DNA of 64,000 nucleotides, from NCBI GenBank assembly GCA_963747935.1, contig CAVVGY010000010.1, positions 131,951-195,950 on the forward strand, read 5' to 3'. Within the stretch, counting starts at the first letter, position 1. Every line of letters begins with the position of its first letter. The notes beneath the pieces are model-generated. The model made no database searches, was not told the DNA's origin, and was given only the letters and a program-made list of their open reading frames with translations. Below, piece by piece: positions 38,712-47,716 of the stretch. This DNA comes from an uncultured Thermoleophilia bacterium (lineage in GTDB: Bacteria; Actinomycetota; Thermoleophilia; UBA2241). Position numbers and translations under genes: made by a program.

Positions 38712-38903
38712 TGCTGTTGACGTTCCCCGCCGGGAGGAGGGCGGAACCAGCCTCCATCGCCGCCCCTCAGGCGCGATCTCAGCGGACGCGAAGAACTTGC
38801 CCGACCCCGACAAATGTTCTGGAGACTGTCACCGGGTGGTTGCCGATACTGGGAGTAGAGAAGACCCGGCGCGAGGGGCGCCGGCAGACATCGGGAGACT
38901 GGC

Positions 38904-39161
38904 ATGGCCGCCGATCGACAGACGTACAGCAGGTACCAGATCCTCTGCGCTGAGCGGGAGGCGTGGAACGACGGCGAGGCCGGCAGCGAGGGCTTCTACT
39001 ACGACGGCATCAGCTTCTGGCGGCGCGACGCCAAGGGCAAGGAGCGGCTGCTGCCCTCGTGGCGCACCCCGGCGCACGGCTGGCGCCACAGCGAGGGCTG
39101 CGACTGCGACCTCTGCACGGCGCACCGCCCGGCCGAGGTGCGGCCGCTCTCCGTGGCCTGA
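38904..39161 (+). CDS. Hypothetical small protein
   Basis: 85-aa ORF with a CDCDLC motif. No family recognised. Confidence 0.25.
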   Translation: MAADRQTYSRYQILCAEREAWNDGEAGSEGFYYDGISFWRRDAKGKERLLPSWRTPAHGWRHSEGCDCDLCTAHRPAEVRPLSVA

Positions 39162-39196
39162 GAAGCTGCAGCGGAGGACGCCCCTCGTCCTGAGAG

Positions 39197-40120
39197 CTAC
39201 TCGAGACGGACGCCGGCGCGCAGGCCGCTCTCCGCGGCCCACGCGCCGGCGTCCGTCTTCTTGCCTCCGGCCGGCTTGACGCGGGTCACCCGTAGGCGGC
39301 CGTCGGCGCACACCACGCTGAACCCGTCGCCGCCGACCTCCACGACCTCACCCATCGCGCCGCCGACCCCCGCGACGTCGCGCGCGTGCAGCGGCTCCGC
39401 GGCGAAGACCTGCAGCGTCTCGCCGCCGAGCGTCGTCCAGGCGCCCGGCGCCGGATCGCAGCCGCGCACCAGATCGTGGAGCTGCCGGCACGGCTTGCCC
39501 CAGTCGAGCCGCGCGTTGACCTTCTCGCACGGCGCCTCGTAGGTGGCCAGCGACTCGTCCTGAGGCACCCGCGGCGCCGTCCCGGCCTTGACCAGGTCCA
39601 CCGCTTCGACGACCGCTTCCACTCCCATCGGGAACAGGCGGTCGAAGTACACGGAGCCGAGCGTGTCGTTCGCGCCGATCGGCGTGCGCTTCTGCAGCAG
39701 GACGTCGCCGGTGTCGATGCCGCCGTCCGGCCAGAAGACGGTGAGGCCGGTCTCGGTCTCGCCCATGATGACCGGCCAGTTGATGGCGCTGCGCCCGCGG
39801 TGCCGCGGCAGGAGCGACGGGTGGTACTGGATGGTCCCGTGCGTGGGCGCCGCCAGGATCTCGGCCGGGACGATGAGCGTGACGAACGCCATCACCTGCA
39901 GGTCGGGGGCGAAGCCGCGGAACTCCTCGAGCACGGCGGGATCCTTGAACGAGGCCGGGCGGACGAGGGGGAGCCCGGCCTCCCCGGCGGCCTCGGCCAG
40001 CGGGTCCGGGCGGCCGGCCTCCGGCGGGGCGTACACGGCCACCACGTCCTCGCCCCGCTCGAGCAGCGCCTCGAGCACGGCCTTGCCGAAGGCCTGCTGG
40101 CCGTGCAGCACGATCCGCAT
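39197..40120 (-). CDS. Formyltransferase (Fmt-like)
   Basis: ATG at 40120 after GGAGGGA. MRIVLHGQQAFGKAVLEALL is Fmt-like, and the conserved HPSLLPRHRG motif is present. Confidence 0.65.
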   Translation of the reverse strand: MRIVLHGQQAFGKAVLEALLERGEDVVAVYAPPEAGRPDPLAEAAGEAGLPLVRPASFKDPAVLEEFRGFAPDLQVMAFVTLIVPAEILAAPTHGTIQYHPSLLPRHRGRSAINWPVIMGETETGLTVFWPDGGIDTGDVLLQKRTPIGANDTLGSVYFDRLFPMGVEAVVEAVDLVKAGTAPRVPQDESLATYEAPCEKVNARLDWGKPCRQLHDLVRGCDPAPGAWTTLGGETLQVFAAEPLHARDVAGVGGAMGEVVEVGGDGFSVVCADGRLRVTRVKPAGGKKTDAGAWAAESGLRAGVRLE

Positions 40121-40295
40121 GCGTCCCTCCTCGCCGGTCACGTCGGCCGCAAGGGCGGCGCCCGGCGGCAGGCAGCATGCTACCGCATCGCCTCCTCCCG
40201 TTGCCCCAGGCCGCCCTTCCCTGTTGCCAACTGCCATCGGCGCCCCGCCCCTCTCCACGTACGCCGCCGCTGCGGCGCCGCGGGAGGGGTACGCG

Positions 40296-40385
40296 CCTCC
40301 GGCGTGAGGCATGCACCTCCGGCGTTGGGTCCGCGCCGTCCAGCGTGAGTGCGCCCTCTCGGCGTGAGGTATGTCCCTCCCGCCT
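40296..40385. repeat. Imperfect 20-40-bp direct repeats (CCTCYSGGCGTGAGGYATG), three or four copies, abutting repeat A copy 4
   Basis: GCGCCTCCGGCGTGAGGCATGCA / CCTCCGGCGTTGGGTCC…CCAGCGTGAGTGCGC / CCTCTCGGCGTGAGGTATGTC. Confidence 0.45.
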
Positions 40386-40470
40386 GCGTACGTGCAAGCG
40401 TACGTCCAAACACCCCATGGGGCTTCTGGACGTACGCTTGGACGTACGTGTCCGAACAGGACATATGACC
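40366..40470. repeat. Repeat family A copy 4
   Basis: GAGGTATGTCCCTCCCGCCTGCGTACGTGCAAGCGTACGTCCAAACACCCCATGGGGCTTCTGGACGTACGCTTGGACGTACGTG. Confidence 0.7.
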
Positions 40471-40557
40471 GCGGGCGCCGTCGGCGCCGTGCGGGCCCCG
40501 GCGCGAGCCGGTACGGCGGAAGCCGGGGACGCGCGAACCGGGGCGGCCGGCGAAGCT

Positions 40558-41667
40558 CTAGAAGCGGCCGCCGATCCAGGCGCCGCTGATGGAGCCGTAC
40601 TGCACCACGGTGCCGGTGTGCGGCGCGTGGATCATGCTGCCGCCGCCGACGTAGATGCCGACGTGGTGGCTGTAGCTCGCATTGCCGAAGAACACGAGGT
40701 CACCGGGCTGCAGCGCGTTCAGCGGGACGGGCTTGCTGGCGCGCTGCTGGTCGGTGGCGCCATGCGAGAGGCCGATGCCGATCTGCGCGTAGCAGTACAT
40801 GGTGAGGCCGCTGCAGTCGAAGCCGCTCGGGCTGGCGCCGCCCCACACGTAGGGCACGCCGAGGTAGCGCTGGGCGATGGCCACGACGGCCGAGTGGCCG
40901 GAGCCGCCCGGGTCGACGACGGTGCCGCCGCCCCCGCCGCCGCCGGAACTCGACGACGAGCTGGAACCGCCGGAAGAGGAGGAGCCGGAGGAGGACGAGT
41001 TGTCCGCCACGGCGGCGGCTCTGGCGGCCTCCGCCTTGGCCTTGGCGGCCGCGGCGGCCTTGGCCTCCAGGTCCGCGATCTCACTCTTGAGCCCACCCGC
41101 GGTGCCCTCGAGCTGGGCCTGGAGCGAGAGCACCTGCTCCTTGCTCTTCTCGCGCTCGGCGACCAGCTTGGCCGCGGACTTGCGGTCGGCCTCCAGCGCG
41201 ATGCGCCGGTCGTCGATCTCCTGGCGGTACACGTCCGCGACGCGCGCGGTCCTGGCGTCGTTCTCCGTCATGCGCTGCATCACGTCGAGCTGGGTGAGCA
41301 GGTCGTCGAAGGTGCGGGAAGCGAAGATCACGTCGAGGATGCCGGCGCTGTCGGCCTTGTAGACCTGCTTGGCGCGCGCCGTGAGGTGGTCGTTGGCCAC
41401 CTCGAGCTTGTACTCGGCCACCTTGAGCAGGTGACTGGTGCGTACCGATGCGGTCCTGCACATCCTTGAGCCGCGAGGCGGCCGCGTTGTAGCGCTCCAC
41501 GGCCATGTCGGACTGCTCGTAGACCTTGCTGAGCTGCGCCTGCACGGCCGCCAGCCTGGCCTTCTTCGCGGCGATGGGTCCCGCCGACGCGACGGCGGAG
41601 CAGACGAGGAGCAGCGTGAGCGCTATGAGTACGGCGAACGTCGCCTTGCGGATGGGGGTCAAGCGGA
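40558..41667 (-). CDS. RipA-like secreted NlpC/P60 peptidase with a long coiled-coil and a Ser/Gly linker; apparent 1-nt indel near 41445
   Basis: TTG start after GAAGGAGG; signal peptide FAVLIALTLLLVCSAVASA; coiled-coil. C40 domain VPYVWGGASPSGFDCSGL…H. The N-terminal segment (41463..41667) is in another frame. Confidence 0.65.
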
Positions 41668-41813
41668 TCGCCTCCTTCGCGCCGGGTGACTCAGGGTCCT
41701 GGGCCCGGCGCCGGGCTTGAGCTTGCGACGGTAGCATCCGCCCGCCTCACCCGCAAACCGGTGAGCGTCAGGACCCTGCCGATCGTGCGTGGGGCGGGCG
41801 AGCATCGGCGTTG

Positions 41814-42212
41814 TCAGACCCGGTTGTAGAAGCCGGGCGTGCGCACGTCACTCTCCTCGTCGCCGGAGACCGCCACGTGGCTCGGCGTGAGCAGGATCAC
41901 GTCGCCGCCGACGTGCTGCAGGCTGCCACCGATCGCGTAGACGAGGCCGCTGGCGAAGTCCGTCAGGCGGCCGACGAGCGCGCGGTCGCAGCCCCCGAAG
42001 TCGATGAGCATGGAGGCGCCGTCGCGCATGCGGTCGGCGATGCGCTGCGCGACCTCGAAGTCCTCGGGCCGGATCAGCTCGAACGCCAGCGGCGCCGGCC
42101 GCACCAGCGCGAGCGACCGCGGCCCGGTGTCTTCGCGCCACCGCGGCTCCGCGTCGGCGTACGGCTCGTCATCGTCGTACCAGTCGTCGTAGGCGTCGCG
42201 CGCTGAGACCAT
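41814..42212 (-). CDS. sepF: Cell-division protein SepF
   Basis: ATG at 42212 after GGAGGAAG. The C-terminus has the SepF signature LIRPEDFEVAQRIADRMRDGASMLIDF…ILLTPSHVAV. Confidence 0.75.
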   Translation of the reverse strand: MVSARDAYDDWYDDDEPYADAEPRWREDTGPRSLALVRPAPLAFELIRPEDFEVAQRIADRMRDGASMLIDFGGCDRALVGRLTDFASGLVYAIGGSLQHVGGDVILLTPSHVAVSGDEESDVRTPGFYNRV

Positions 42213-42414
42213 GCTTCCTCCGGCTCTCGTCGGTCCTTCATCCCCTTTGCTTCGATGCGGCGGCGGCGTTCGCCTGCCTCGCCGCCGATGATGAGCAGGG
42301 AAGCCCAGCCCGGGTGGGGCGACGACGGCATCGCCCCGCGTACCAACGCCGACCACCGCCCAAGCCGCCGCCGAGGCGGGTACCCTGCGGACAGGCGAAC
42401 ACGAGGAGGCAGCC

Positions 42415-42828
42415 ATGACCGTCATCCCGCAGGAGCTCCACGACCTTCTGGCCGGGGGCCACAACGTCTGGGTCGCGACCGTCGGCCCCGACGGCACCCC
42501 CAACGTCTCGATCAAGGGCAGCGGCGCCCTCCTCGACGACGAGCACCTCTACTTCGCGGACATGTTCAGTCACAAGACGCGCGAGAACCTGGAGCACGAC
42601 CCCCGCGTGGCCGTCGGCATCCACGACCCGGAGCGCAAGGTCGCGATGCAGGTCAAGGGCCAGGCGGAGCTGATCGACCACGGTGAGGTGTTCGACCAGG
42701 TGAACGACAAGCTCAAGGCGATCAGCGAGCAGCTGCACCTGCCGCCGATGAAGTACGTGGTGAGGATCACCGTGGAATCGGTGTGGGACATGGGCCCCGG
42801 GCCGCACGCGGGAGAGCAGCTGGACTGA
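42415..42828 (+). CDS. Pyridoxamine-5'-phosphate-oxidase-like (split-barrel flavin-binding) protein
   Basis: 137 aa; WVATVGPDGTPNVSIKG…YFADMFSHKTRENL. Confidence 0.7.
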   Translation: MTVIPQELHDLLAGGHNVWVATVGPDGTPNVSIKGSGALLDDEHLYFADMFSHKTRENLEHDPRVAVGIHDPERKVAMQVKGQAELIDHGEVFDQVNDKLKAISEQLHLPPMKYVVRITVESVWDMGPGPHAGEQLD

Positions 42829-42847
42829 CCACCCTGCGGCACGCTGT

Positions 42848-43420
42848 CTACTGCTGCAGCCGCTCCACGATCGTCCTGGCGACCTCTTCCAGCTGGGCGT
42901 CGCTGAGCTGCGGCTTCTCCCACAGGAACCCGGTGCTGATCAGGTAGGCGTTGTCGCCGACCTTCACGGCGATGCCCTTCTGCATGTCGGTCCAGTCCCA
43001 CCAGAACGCGTCGTCGCCGAGCCCTGCGATGGTCTGCGGCGCCATGTTCGACGCCTGCCGCTGTTCCTCGAACATCCCGGCGTTCCCTACGCGGATCCAG
43101 AGCGCCTCAGGCGACTTCTCGCTCTGGTAAATGGCGAAGTACTTCGAGGTGCCCTCGCGCTGATGCCAATCCGACTCGGGCATCGGCGTCGCGTCCTTGA
43201 TGCCGGTGATGGCGCGCACGTCGTCCTGCGTGAGCAGGGCGGCGTAGTCCACCGCGGCGGCCGGCGACGCTGCCGCCGCCCCGCCGTCCCCGCCCGACCC
43301 GTCGCCCCCCGACCCCGAGGACGTGGCGGCCTCTCCCGAGCCACCGCAGGCGGCGAGCGCGAGCACCGCCCAGGCGGCCACGATCAGCATCGCCGCCAGG
43401 CCCCTTCGGCCCCTGCGCAT
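42848..43420 (-). CDS. Lipoprotein of unknown function
   Basis: Internal ATG; signal peptide plus lipobox LALAACGGS followed by a Gly/Ser-rich linker. Confidence 0.45.
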   Translation of the reverse strand: MRRGRRGLAAMLIVAAWAVLALAACGGSGEAATSSGSGGDGSGGDGGAAAASPAAAVDYAALLTQDDVRAITGIKDATPMPESDWHQREGTSKYFAIYQSEKSPEALWIRVGNAGMFEEQRQASNMAPQTIAGLGDDAFWWDWTDMQKGIAVKVGDNAYLISTGFLWEKPQLSDAQLEEVARTIVERLQQ

Positions 43421-43603
43421 CCTGGTCGACGATCCTTCCGAGCACAGCATGGCGTCCCCCTCTCCCAAGCTCCCCGGTCGGACGCCAAACGTGCACGGCG
43501 TCACAAGTCCATGAAACTGACGCAGGCGGCGCGTCGTCAAGCGTTAGGGACGCGCCCAGCAGACTCTCATGCGACTCTCAGGAAGAGCGGCTACGATGCC
43601 CCC

Positions 43604-45148
43604 ATGACGACCTCCGCCCGCACATCCACCTGCGCCGCCGAACCCTCAGCCGCCTCTGCGGAACCCCTCGCCGCCGCTGCCGGACTTTCAGCCGGCCGGT
43701 CACGACCCTGGTCCAAGGGCGGGATCCGGGCGATCTCGAGGACCGCCTGGATCGAGATCGCCGTCGCCCTCATCTGCTTCGCCGTGCTGTGCGGCGCGGC
43801 GCTCACGCGCACGGTCACGCTGCTCGAGCCGGATGACTACGCCTATCGCGCCTCCATCGTGGCGCTCACCGAGGGCCACGTGATCCTCAGCGACGCGCAG
43901 TACCAGGACCTCGCGGAGCGCCTGCAGCAGCAGGACTCCGCGAGCGGGCTCAGCGGCAGCCGGGGGATCGCGCAGTGGACGCAACTTGACGACGGGAACT
44001 GGGTGAGCGAGAAGAACCCCGGCTACCCGTTCCTGGTCGCGCCGTTCGCGCTCGTTGGGCTGGAGCGGCTGGCGCCGCTGTTCTACGGCGGCCTCGGCTG
44101 CGTCGCGCTGTTCTTCGGCGGACGGCGCTGGCTGGGCGCCTGGGGCGGCACGTTCGCCGTCGGATTGTTCTGCTCGTCGGGCGCGGCGCTCGCGTTCGCG
44201 TGGCGCGCCTGGATGCCCACCTTCACCGGCGCCGCGCTCATCGCGGCCGGCGCCGGCGCCCTGCTCTGGGCGTTGCTCGCCGTCGACCGGCGGCCGCGGC
44301 TGCGGACGGCCGTCGGCCTGCTCGGGTTCCTCGCCCTCGAGGGCGCGATGCTCGTCCGCTACACGGACGCGATCGCGCTCGCCGTCGCCGCTGTGGCCGT
44401 GCTGGCCGTGTGGCGCTTCGTCCCCGGCCGGCTGCCCAAACGGGCGCTGATCTGGTGGCTCGGCTCGGCCGTGCTCGCCGGCGGGCTGGTGCTCGGCTGG
44501 GACGCGCTGGTCTACGGTTCAGTGACGGCGACCGGCTACGCGAGCGGCGTCATCACCTTCGGGCTCGGAGCGATCGGCGGCAACCTGGACCACATGCCCC
44601 TGCTGCTGGTGCAGACCATGCCGGCGTGCCTGCTCGCCCTCGCCGGCCTCGTCTGGCTGGTCGGGCGCAGCGTCTGGCTGCGGCGCACGGCGCCCGAGGA
44701 CGAAGTGCGCCCCTCCCGCGCCGCTGCCCACCGCGACCTCGCGGTCGCCGCGGCGCTCACCGCCGTCTGGTGGGGCACGTGGGCGCTCTACTTCACCTAC
44801 TACTGGACGGCGCAGATGAGCACCGGGCCGGGCGGCGCCGGCGGGCCCGGCGGCGGCGGGGCCGGCCCTGCCGGCGCGGACAACGCCATCCACCTCATCA
44901 GGTTCTTCGTCCCCGCGCTGGCGCCGATCGCCCTGCTGGGCGCCTGGGCGCTGGTGCGCGTGCCGCGCTGGGCAGCGCTCGCCGCCGTGGCCGGCTTCTT
45001 CGGCCTCGGGTTCTGGTCCTACGCGGACATGGCCTCTGCCGACCCTCGCGGAGGCATCATGGGCGGAATGCCCGGCGCGCCCGGCGGCACCCCACCCACC
45101 GGCATGCCGGTCCCGCAGGGGATGCCGACGCCGCCCGCTATGCAGTAG
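43604..45148 (+). CDS. Polytopic membrane protein (possible GT39/ArnT-like glycosyltransferase fold) with a Gly/Pro-rich C-terminus
   Basis: ATG at 43604. At least 10 predicted transmembrane helices and a DDYAYRASIVAL loop near the N-terminus. Confidence 0.4.
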   Translation: MTTSARTSTCAAEPSAASAEPLAAAAGLSAGRSRPWSKGGIRAISRTAWIEIAVALICFAVLCGAALTRTVTLLEPDDYAYRASIVALTEGHVILSDAQYQDLAERLQQQDSASGLSGSRGIAQWTQLDDGNWVSEKNPGYPFLVAPFALVGLERLAPLFYGGLGCVALFFGGRRWLGAWGGTFAVGLFCSSGAALAFAWRAWMPTFTGAALIAAGAGALLWALLAVDRRPRLRTAVGLLGFLALEGAMLVRYTDAIALAVAAVAVLAVWRFVPGRLPKRALIWWLGSAVLAGGLVLGWDALVYGSVTATGYASGVITFGLGAIGGNLDHMPLLLVQTMPACLLALAGLVWLVGRSVWLRRTAPEDEVRPSRAAAHRDLAVAAALTAVWWGTWALYFTYYWTAQMSTGPGGAGGPGGGGAGPAGADNAIHLIRFFVPALAPIALLGAWALVRVPRWAALAAVAGFFGLGFWSYADMASADPRGGIMGGMPGAPGGTPPTGMPVPQGMPTPPAMQ

Positions 45149-45239
45149 ACAGACGCCGCCGGCGGCGCTGGAAACCGGCGTGCGCCCCGGCCCTCTGTGG
45201 CTGGGGCAGGACCAGGAGGCGCAGGGGTGTATGCCGTCC

Positions 45240-45435
45240 GGGGGTCGGAGCCTTATCCGGAGCCTCTTGCGGCACCCCATGCGGTGCCACTTCCGGAGCC
45301 CCTTGTGGCACTCTATCCGGAGGCTTGTCCGGTGCCTCTTGTGGCACCACATGCGGCGCCACTTCCGGAGCCTCTTGCGACACCACATCCGGCGCCGCAG
45401 AGGGCTCCGGTTCGGGCTCCGACCCCCGGACACAC
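45240..45435. repeat. Repeat family B copy 3: MITE-like element with terminal inverted repeats (GGGGGTCGGAGCC … GGCTCCGACCCCC) and five internal tandem repeats of about 30 bp
   Basis: Internal unit CTTCCGGAGCCTCTTGYGGCACCMCATGCGGYGCCA repeated. The ends are reverse complements of each other. Confidence 0.65.
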
Positions 45436-45542
45436 ACCACCCCGCGGGCCGAGCGGCGCCAACGTCACCCAGGCGCGAGGGAGCAGGCGCCGGACAGCGT
45501 CACCCCAGCGCGCGAGGGAGCCGGCGGCGGACCGCTACGGCC

Positions 45543-46655
45543 TCAGGCGCAGCGCACCACGCCGCGCGCCCAGAGGCAGTCGCCGCAGGTGGGGTGCGGG
45601 TTGCCGAGACAGTCCTCTTCGTTGGTCTCGGCCAGTTCGCACCCGCAGTCGGTGCAGGGCGGGAAGTCGAAGCGCCGGACCCGGTCGCGGAACGCGACGT
45701 ACTCCGGCCCGGCCCAGACGGCGGCCAGAGACTCGGCCGGGAGCCTGCCCACCTCCCAGCGCACGATGCGCTTCTCGCGCCCGCGCACGTAGCAGGTGTA
45801 CGTGTGCAGCAGGGGCGGGCACGGGCTCACGCCGCCGTGCCAGGCCACCGCGCAGGCGTCCGCGTGCACGAACGGGCAGCGGGCGCGCGTGTCCTCCGGG
45901 TCGGCGCCGTGGAACGAGACCGGACCCGAGCGGGTCAGCGCCTTGCCCAGCGAGGCTCCGAGCTCCTCGTCCCAGTCGAACGCCGGCAGCTGCCAGCGGG
46001 CGCCGGCGGTGGTGTGGGCGCCGCTGGACGTGGACCCCTGGCGGTCGTAGAGCGTCTGGTCGAGCAGGTCCTCGGTGTAGGCGAGCACGTTGCTGACGAT
46101 GATGAACGTCGCGCCCAGTTGCGCGGCGAGCCGGCGCAGGCCGGGCAGCTCGCCGATGTTGGAGCGCATCGCCACGAACTCGACCCCGATGCGCACCGCG
46201 GAGCTGTAGTTGGGTCCGCGGTGGTCGTGCAGGCGGCGCACGTTCTCCACCACACGGGCCAGTGAGGCGCCGGAACGGACGCGGCCGAAGGCCTCGGCGG
46301 AGGCGCCGTCGATGCTCACGACGAGCTGGTCGAGCCCCGCCTCGAGCAGCGCTGCCGCCATCGCGTCGTCCAGCAGCAGCGCGTTGGTCGTGACCTCGGT
46401 CCGCAGCCCGCGCTCCTTGGCGAGCCGCACCATGTCCGGGAACCTGGGGTGCAGCAGCGGCTCCCCCAGCCCCATGAACGCGACCGTGCCGGGCCCGCCT
46501 TCGTCCGCCGGCCCGGCCACTCCGGCCACCACGGCCTCGAACGTCGCCCACTCCATGAAGCCCTCGGGCTCGTCCCACGCGTGGCGGATGCAGGTGGCGC
46601 AGGCGAGGTTGCAGGCGTTCGTCGGCTCGACGTAGACCTTGGCCGGCGCGGTCAC
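45543..46655 (-). CDS. Radical SAM enzyme with a C-terminal Cys-rich SPASM/twitch-like auxiliary-cluster domain
   Basis: CNLACATC (CxxxCxxC) at residues 15-22. The C-terminal cysteines are CPFVHADACAVAWHGGVSPC…CYVRG…CTDCGC…CGDCLWARGVVRC. Last gene of the arsP operon. Confidence 0.8.
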   Translation of the reverse strand: MTAPAKVYVEPTNACNLACATCIRHAWDEPEGFMEWATFEAVVAGVAGPADEGGPGTVAFMGLGEPLLHPRFPDMVRLAKERGLRTEVTTNALLLDDAMAAALLEAGLDQLVVSIDGASAEAFGRVRSGASLARVVENVRRLHDHRGPNYSSAVRIGVEFVAMRSNIGELPGLRRLAAQLGATFIIVSNVLAYTEDLLDQTLYDRQGSTSSGAHTTAGARWQLPAFDWDEELGASLGKALTRSGPVSFHGADPEDTRARCPFVHADACAVAWHGGVSPCPPLLHTYTCYVRGREKRIVRWEVGRLPAESLAAVWAGPEYVAFRDRVRRFDFPPCTDCGCELAETNEEDCLGNPHPTCGDCLWARGVVRCA

Positions 46656-47461
46656 AGGCCCATACCTGCGCAGATCGCGAGAAGCGCTTCGCGGAGGTCC
46701 TCACGGCCTCCCCCGAAGACCGGCGCGCAGTCTTGTGGATCCGCGTCACCGCGCCAGACGGCCCAGGCGAAAGCGTTGCAGGTCGCCTCGCCGCACTCCC
46801 CGCAGTTGCTGCCCGGCAGCCGCTTGAGGATCTCGAGCGCCGGCGGCCGCCGGCGCGCCTCGAACGAGGGCTCGATCTGCTCACGCCGCGCCCAGACCTC
46901 GTTCACCTGGCTGCGCAGCCGCTCGAGGCTGGCCCAGGCGTCGACGATGTCGTCGGCCTTGGCGATGCCCACCCTGTCGCGGAACAGCGACACCATCCGG
47001 TGGCCGTCCATGTAGGTGAGCACGGGGAGCTTGGCGGTGTACGACGCCTGGTGCAGCTCGGCGTTCAGATAGGGGAGCGCCTCGGCCGCGTCCCCCTCGA
47101 GGTGGGCGATGAGCCGCAGCTTCTCGGGGTCTGCCACGCAGGGCGCAAGGACGACGATGGCCATGCCGGGGATGAGCTCTTCCGGCGCGGGGATGAGCCC
47201 GTCCGCCGCGGAGGCGGGCGACTGCTCCGGCACGCTCCGCCGGGATGGTCTGTGCTCCACCCAGCCCGCGCCGACGAGCCCCGCGCCGCCGTTGTCCAGA
47301 TACTCGGCGCGCGCCTCCGCCGTCAGGACGAGGGCCGGGCACCCGACGCGCTCGTAGCCGGGGTCTGGAGAGACGACTTCGTACCCGATGCCGAGGCGGT
47401 CGAGAAGCTGCTGCGCCTTGGCCAGCTCACGCCGGTCCGTGAATGTCGTCAGCCAGTCCAC
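46652..47461 (-). CDS. Two-domain protein: N-terminal DUF3343-like domain (putative S/Se-carrier-like) plus a C-terminal CFeSP-type Fe-S cluster domain (LPGSNCGECGEATCNAFA)
   Basis: N-terminus FTDRRELAKAQQLLDRLGIGYEVVSPDPGYERVGCPALVL; C-terminus …RLPGSNCGECGEATCNAFAWAV…. Confidence 0.45.
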   Translation of the reverse strand: MDWLTTFTDRRELAKAQQLLDRLGIGYEVVSPDPGYERVGCPALVLTAEARAEYLDNGGAGLVGAGWVEHRPSRRSVPEQSPASAADGLIPAPEELIPGMAIVVLAPCVADPEKLRLIAHLEGDAAEALPYLNAELHQASYTAKLPVLTYMDGHRMVSLFRDRVGIAKADDIVDAWASLERLRSQVNEVWARREQIEPSFEARRRPPALEILKRLPGSNCGECGEATCNAFAWAVWRGDADPQDCAPVFGGGREDLREALLAICAGMGL

Positions 47462-47464
47462 GGC

Positions 47465-47701
47465 TCAGCTCGACGCCTGCGCCCTCATCCGGCGATAGTC
47501 CTCGAGCGACGGGAAGCTGATCGCCCCCTTCTCACAGAGGCCGGCGCAGTGCGAGCAGCCGGCGATGCAGGCGTCCTGGTGGACCACCTCGACCCTGTCG
47601 CCGGAGAAGCCGTACACGCCTTGCTGGCAGAACTCGAGGCAGGTGCGACAGCCGTCGCACAGCTCACTCTCGATCGTCGGGCCCCACACGAGCGTGCTCA
47701 T
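47465..47701 (-). CDS. Small 4Fe-4S dicluster ferredoxin-like protein
   Basis: 78 aa; CDGCRTCLEFC and CIAGCSHCAGLC. Confidence 0.6.
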   Translation of the reverse strand: MSTLVWGPTIESELCDGCRTCLEFCQQGVYGFSGDRVEVVHQDACIAGCSHCAGLCEKGAISFPSLEDYRRMRAQASS

Positions 47702-47716
47702 CGGAATCCCCCTCCT

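Noticed and set aside
45254-45400. Tandem repeats of about 30 bp, considered as a CRISPR array
   Set aside because: The units are contiguous with no unique spacers. They are bounded by terminal inverted repeats and recur as a family (repeat B). There are no cas genes in the window.
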